Source of the DNA: a virus
Lineage: Duplodnaviria; Caudoviricetes
Length of the DNA: 58,225 nt
Strand: one strand, 5' to 3'
Virus record (IMG/VR): IMGVR_UViG_3300018481_000025
Coordinates: 1-58,225 of that record
Below, piece by piece: positions 55,965 through 58,225 of this stretch. A program made the position numbers and the translations under genes. Position 1 is the first letter of the stretch, and each line of letters starts with the position of its first letter. Under the pieces are notes generated by a model. It made no database searches. It was not told where the DNA came from and was given only the letters and a program-made list of their open reading frames with translations.

Positions 55965-56685
55965 TTAGTCCTTTCCCGTGGTACTCGCACGCCGTCACAC
56001 CACAGTGCCGCTTGCACAAGCCGGACGGACGGGGCGGAAAGTGGTCATTGACGACTGCACGATTGAGCACCCCGGCAATCTCGTACATCTGCGGGGCGAA
56101 TTCGCGCAGATCCTCCCGCAGCATGTCGAACGCGGTCGAGGTGTCCTCGTTCAGGTAGACGTATTTGCTGGTGACGTTCCGTACCTGCGGGAAGTGCAGG
56201 AAGATCAGCAAGGCGGTGAGGCGCAGCTGGAAGTTGGGCGGTAGCAGGGCGTATCGGGCATCGGGCTCCTTGCCGGTTTTCCAGTCGATGCTGAGCGCGT
56301 GCTCGCCGTTCACCACCAGCATGTCGGCCTGTGATCGCAGCCAAACCTTCTTCTTGCGATCGAAGTACTCGCAAGGCTCCAGCCCGAACGTGCAGGCCAT
56401 CTTGTATTCGGCGAATACCCGGTCGCCGGGCTGCCGCTCCGGCACCCACTTGGCGTAGTGCTTGGGGATCGCCGTGCCGTTCTCGATGAAGTCGGCCATC
56501 GCCTTATGCACGCGGAACCCTTCCCGCATGTTCTCATTCTCGGGTTCCTTGATGATCTTGGCGATCTCGTAGGCGTGGAACTTACGCGGGCAATTGTAGA
56601 ACTTGTCAGCCTGCGAGAACGACCAGTGCCGTCGTTCGACGATCGGCCGACCGGTGCTATCCGTGCGCGTTAGAGTGTTGTCCAT
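55957..56685 (-). CDS. PD-(D/E)XK (Cas4-like) exonuclease
   Basis: WSFS..CPRK; ADML..IDWKTGK; QLRL; PSGLCKRHCGVTACEY. Confidence 0.88.
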   Translation of the reverse strand: MDNTLTRTDSTGRPIVERRHWSFSQADKFYNCPRKFHAYEIAKIIKEPENENMREGFRVHKAMADFIENGTAIPKHYAKWVPERQPGDRVFAEYKMACTFGLEPCEYFDRKKKVWLRSQADMLVVNGEHALSIDWKTGKEPDARYALLPPNFQLRLTALLIFLHFPQVRNVTSKYVYLNEDTSTAFDMLREDLREFAPQMYEIAGVLNRAVVNDHFPPRPSGLCKRHCGVTACEYHGKGLNG

Positions 56686-56881
56686 TGGATACCTGCCGCA
56701 TCGTGTGTTCGGCGTTCTTCTCGGCGTGGAAACTGGTGAAGTCGGAAACCGAGATCAGGATACGCCCGCTCGGTCTATGTCGCCATCTGTAGTGGCTCTT
56801 TGTTGTCTCGCCGACAAACTCAAAATCGTACCTCGCAGCCATCTCCTTCAGCGTTCTCAGTACTTTGGATTTGCGGGCCAT
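56657..56881 (-). CDS. HicA-like small protein
   Basis: KSHYRWRHRPSGRILISVSD..AEKN pattern. Confidence 0.5.
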   Translation of the reverse strand: MARKSKVLRTLKEMAARYDFEFVGETTKSHYRWRHRPSGRILISVSDFTSFHAEKNAEHTMRQVSNGQHSNAHG

Positions 56882-56927
56882 GGTTCCTCCTATCTACTAG
56901 ATATGGTATCAAATGGGAACTTTCAAG

Positions 56928-57212
56928 TCACGCCTTATGCGTGAGCTGATCCTGCCGAACAGGCTCGACAATCTGCCAGTCATCGGACAGCAGGTCGGCA
57001 TGACTGCTGCAGTAGGGCATCAGGCCGTCATACTCGGTCTTGATCCACAACGACGGCTCAACGCGATAGCCGCCGCCATACTTGTGTGGCACCTGCATCC
57101 CAGCGTCGGGCACCATGAAGAGCCAGATCTTGTCAGGCCAGCTATTGCGCCTGACATTCTTGCCCAGCTTCAGATTGAACAAGGCGTCTTCAAAACTAAT
57201 TGGCTTAGGCAT
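56928..57212 (-). CDS. tad2: Tad2-like (DUF2829) anti-Thoeris sponge protein
   Basis: FEDAL..LKLGKNVRRNSW..IKT..PY.SSHADLLSDDWQIV. Confidence 0.8.
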   Translation of the reverse strand: MPKPISFEDALFNLKLGKNVRRNSWPDKIWLFMVPDAGMQVPHKYGGGYRVEPSLWIKTEYDGLMPYCSSHADLLSDDWQIVEPVRQDQLTHKA

Positions 57213-57369
57213 GAATAGCTCCGAGATTACCCGTCAGCCACAGGATCAGCAGGATGATGAGGACGAGGCCGACGACGCCCCCCAACCCGTTGTAGCCGTA
57301 CCTGCCGTAGCCCCAGTAGCCGCCACCGAACAGCACAAGCAAAAGCAAGATGATAATGATCAGGGTCAT
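57205..57369 (-). CDS. DUF3309-like small two-TM membrane protein
   Basis: Hand-translated MTLIIIILLLLVLFGGGYWGYGRYGYNGLGGVVGLVLIILLILWLTGNL..; GGAGG RBS. Confidence 0.75.
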   Translation of the reverse strand: MTLIIIILLLLVLFGGGYWGYGRYGYNGLGGVVGLVLIILLILWLTGNLGAIHA

Positions 57370-57378
57370 TGCAACCTC

Positions 57379-57816
57379 CTAGAGGGCGAAGCACTCATTA
57401 CGCGGTTCACCTTCACAGAGCCCAACATGGACCCAGTGTGCACCTCCACCCGTCTCGTCGATCAGCTGATCAATTTCGAGATCGGCAAGGTGAGGCGTGA
57501 CGGCAATGCAGATGTCAGTCGGCGTGCCGTAGTCGGGAATGACGATATCGGCCGCCAACCCATACCGATGGGCGCTGTCAGCGACCCCGCCCACCTCCTC
57601 GTTTAGTGCTTCGCAGCGGTAGCCGGAGTTCACGATCACGGGGTAGCTGCCACACAGTACGCGGATTTCCTCCAACACATCACATAGGCGCTTGAGATTG
57701 GCCTCGATCTCGGGCGGCGGCGTGTTGTCGATGCCGCAGGCATTGGCGGTATCGGAGTGGCACATCTCGGCCAAGGTGAAATGCTCAGTGAGATACCCCT
57801 CGGGCAGCTCGCTCAT
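57379..57816 (-). CDS. Peptidase M15 family endolysin
   Basis: LTEHFTLAEM..SGYRC..LN..VGG..SAH..GLAADI..WVHVG. Confidence 0.88.
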   Translation of the reverse strand: MSELPEGYLTEHFTLAEMCHSDTANACGIDNTPPPEIEANLKRLCDVLEEIRVLCGSYPVIVNSGYRCEALNEEVGGVADSAHRYGLAADIVIPDYGTPTDICIAVTPHLADLEIDQLIDETGGGAHWVHVGLCEGEPRNECFAL

Positions 57817-57982
57817 GGGCTTGCTCCTCTTTGATATGGTCAAGGGCACGCTGGGCTTCGTCGAGGACATACATGGCCTCGGCGAACATCTTGCCCTTCT
57901 GCTTCTCACGCGCAAAATTGACCGCCGCCTGAGCCATGCGGGCGTGTTTTTCGAGGGCGCGGATCAGAAGGCCGTAGTTCAT
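57785..57982 (-). CDS. Small helical hypothetical protein
   Basis: 65-aa ORF. Confidence 0.5.
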   Translation of the reverse strand: MNYGLLIRALEKHARMAQAAVNFAREKQKGKMFAEAMYVLDEAQRALDHIKEEQAHERAARGVSH

Positions 57983-57991
57983 GGCGGAACG

Positions 57992-58028
57992 AAAAAATGG
58001 GCCGCCTTATATGAATATAAGGCGGCCC
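57992..58028 (-). terminator. Terminator built around palindrome copy 15 (core 58006-58021)
   Basis: GGGCCGC-CTTATA-TTCA-TATAAG-GCGGCCC then ATTTTTT on the minus strand. Confidence 0.75.
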
Positions 58029-58103
58029 GAAACGACGGTTGCTGCGTTACAGGAGATGGGCAACCGCCCCCTCTACGTTGCTCGTACATAAGATAATTCT
58101 GGC

Positions 58104-58225
58104 TCACTTACAATCCCCGTAGCGCTGTCCGACACCGCTCTCGACGTCGAGCGGCAGGTCGGATGCCCATGATGGTGGGCGTCGCATCTCCAGCTCCACC
58201 CACATCTTGGCGTGTTCTATATTTG
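58104..58225 (-). CDS. C-terminus of family A DNA polymerase (partial)
   Basis: Hand-translated ..EMRRPPSWASDLPLDVESGVGQRYGDCK*. Confidence 0.75.
   Translation of the reverse strand, partial: NIEHAKMWVELEMRRPPSWASDLPLDVESGVGQRYGDCK

Larger units (their letters stand above)
1..58225. mobile_element. Tailed bacteriophage genome fragment (podovirus-like, partial)
   Basis: Terminase, portal, major capsid, tail-collar fibres, ejection-type proteins, primase-helicase, SNF2 helicase, DNA polymerase fragment and endolysin; no host housekeeping genes. Confidence 0.97.

Noticed and set aside
55957-56685. Cas4 as part of a CRISPR system
   Set aside because: Stand-alone Cas4-like PD-(D/E)XK nucleases are common in phage replication modules; no array or other cas genes are present.
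355-58021. CRISPR array or transposon ends as the explanation for the palindromes
   Set aside because: Copies are dispersed with no regular spacers; no cas operon, transposase or target-site duplication was seen.
1-58225. Integrated prophage, tRNA genes, or a complete circular genome
   Set aside because: No integrase, att site, host genes or tRNA cloverleaf was recognised; both ends cut genes and do not overlap, and most of the DNA polymerase is missing.

Overview
Large fragment of a GC-rich tailed dsDNA phage genome with podovirus-type architecture, probably infecting an alphaproteobacterium (ChvI-like DNA-binding domain, DUF3309 protein). Both ends cut genes. Layout: 1-8.3 kb, leftward small early genes and an AT-rich origin-like region; 8.4-11.3 kb, rightward HNH/HTH/small genes; 11.4-13.3 kb, terminase genes transcribed away from the portal; 13.4-48.6 kb, rightward virion module (portal, scaffold, major capsid, modular fibre cluster, adaptor/nozzle, ejection proteins including a 3526-aa polyvalent protein); 48.6-58.2 kb, leftward replication, anti-defence and lysis module (primase-helicase, SSB-like, SNF2 helicase, VRR-NUC, PD-(D/E)XK nuclease, Tad2-like, M15 endolysin, C-terminus of a family A DNA polymerase). 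The strongest unexplained signal is 15 copies of an AT-rich 16-bp palindrome, CTTATA-N4-TATAAG. Most copies are co-oriented with transcription, and they fall in terminator stems, over RBSs and inside genes. Also seen: a second motif (ATGTGATGTGTT, 4 copies), a chromosomal-type parS-like site, and a fibre cluster built from two shared modules. No integrase, tRNA or CRISPR array was seen. All family assignments are from motif recognition by eye, not database searches.
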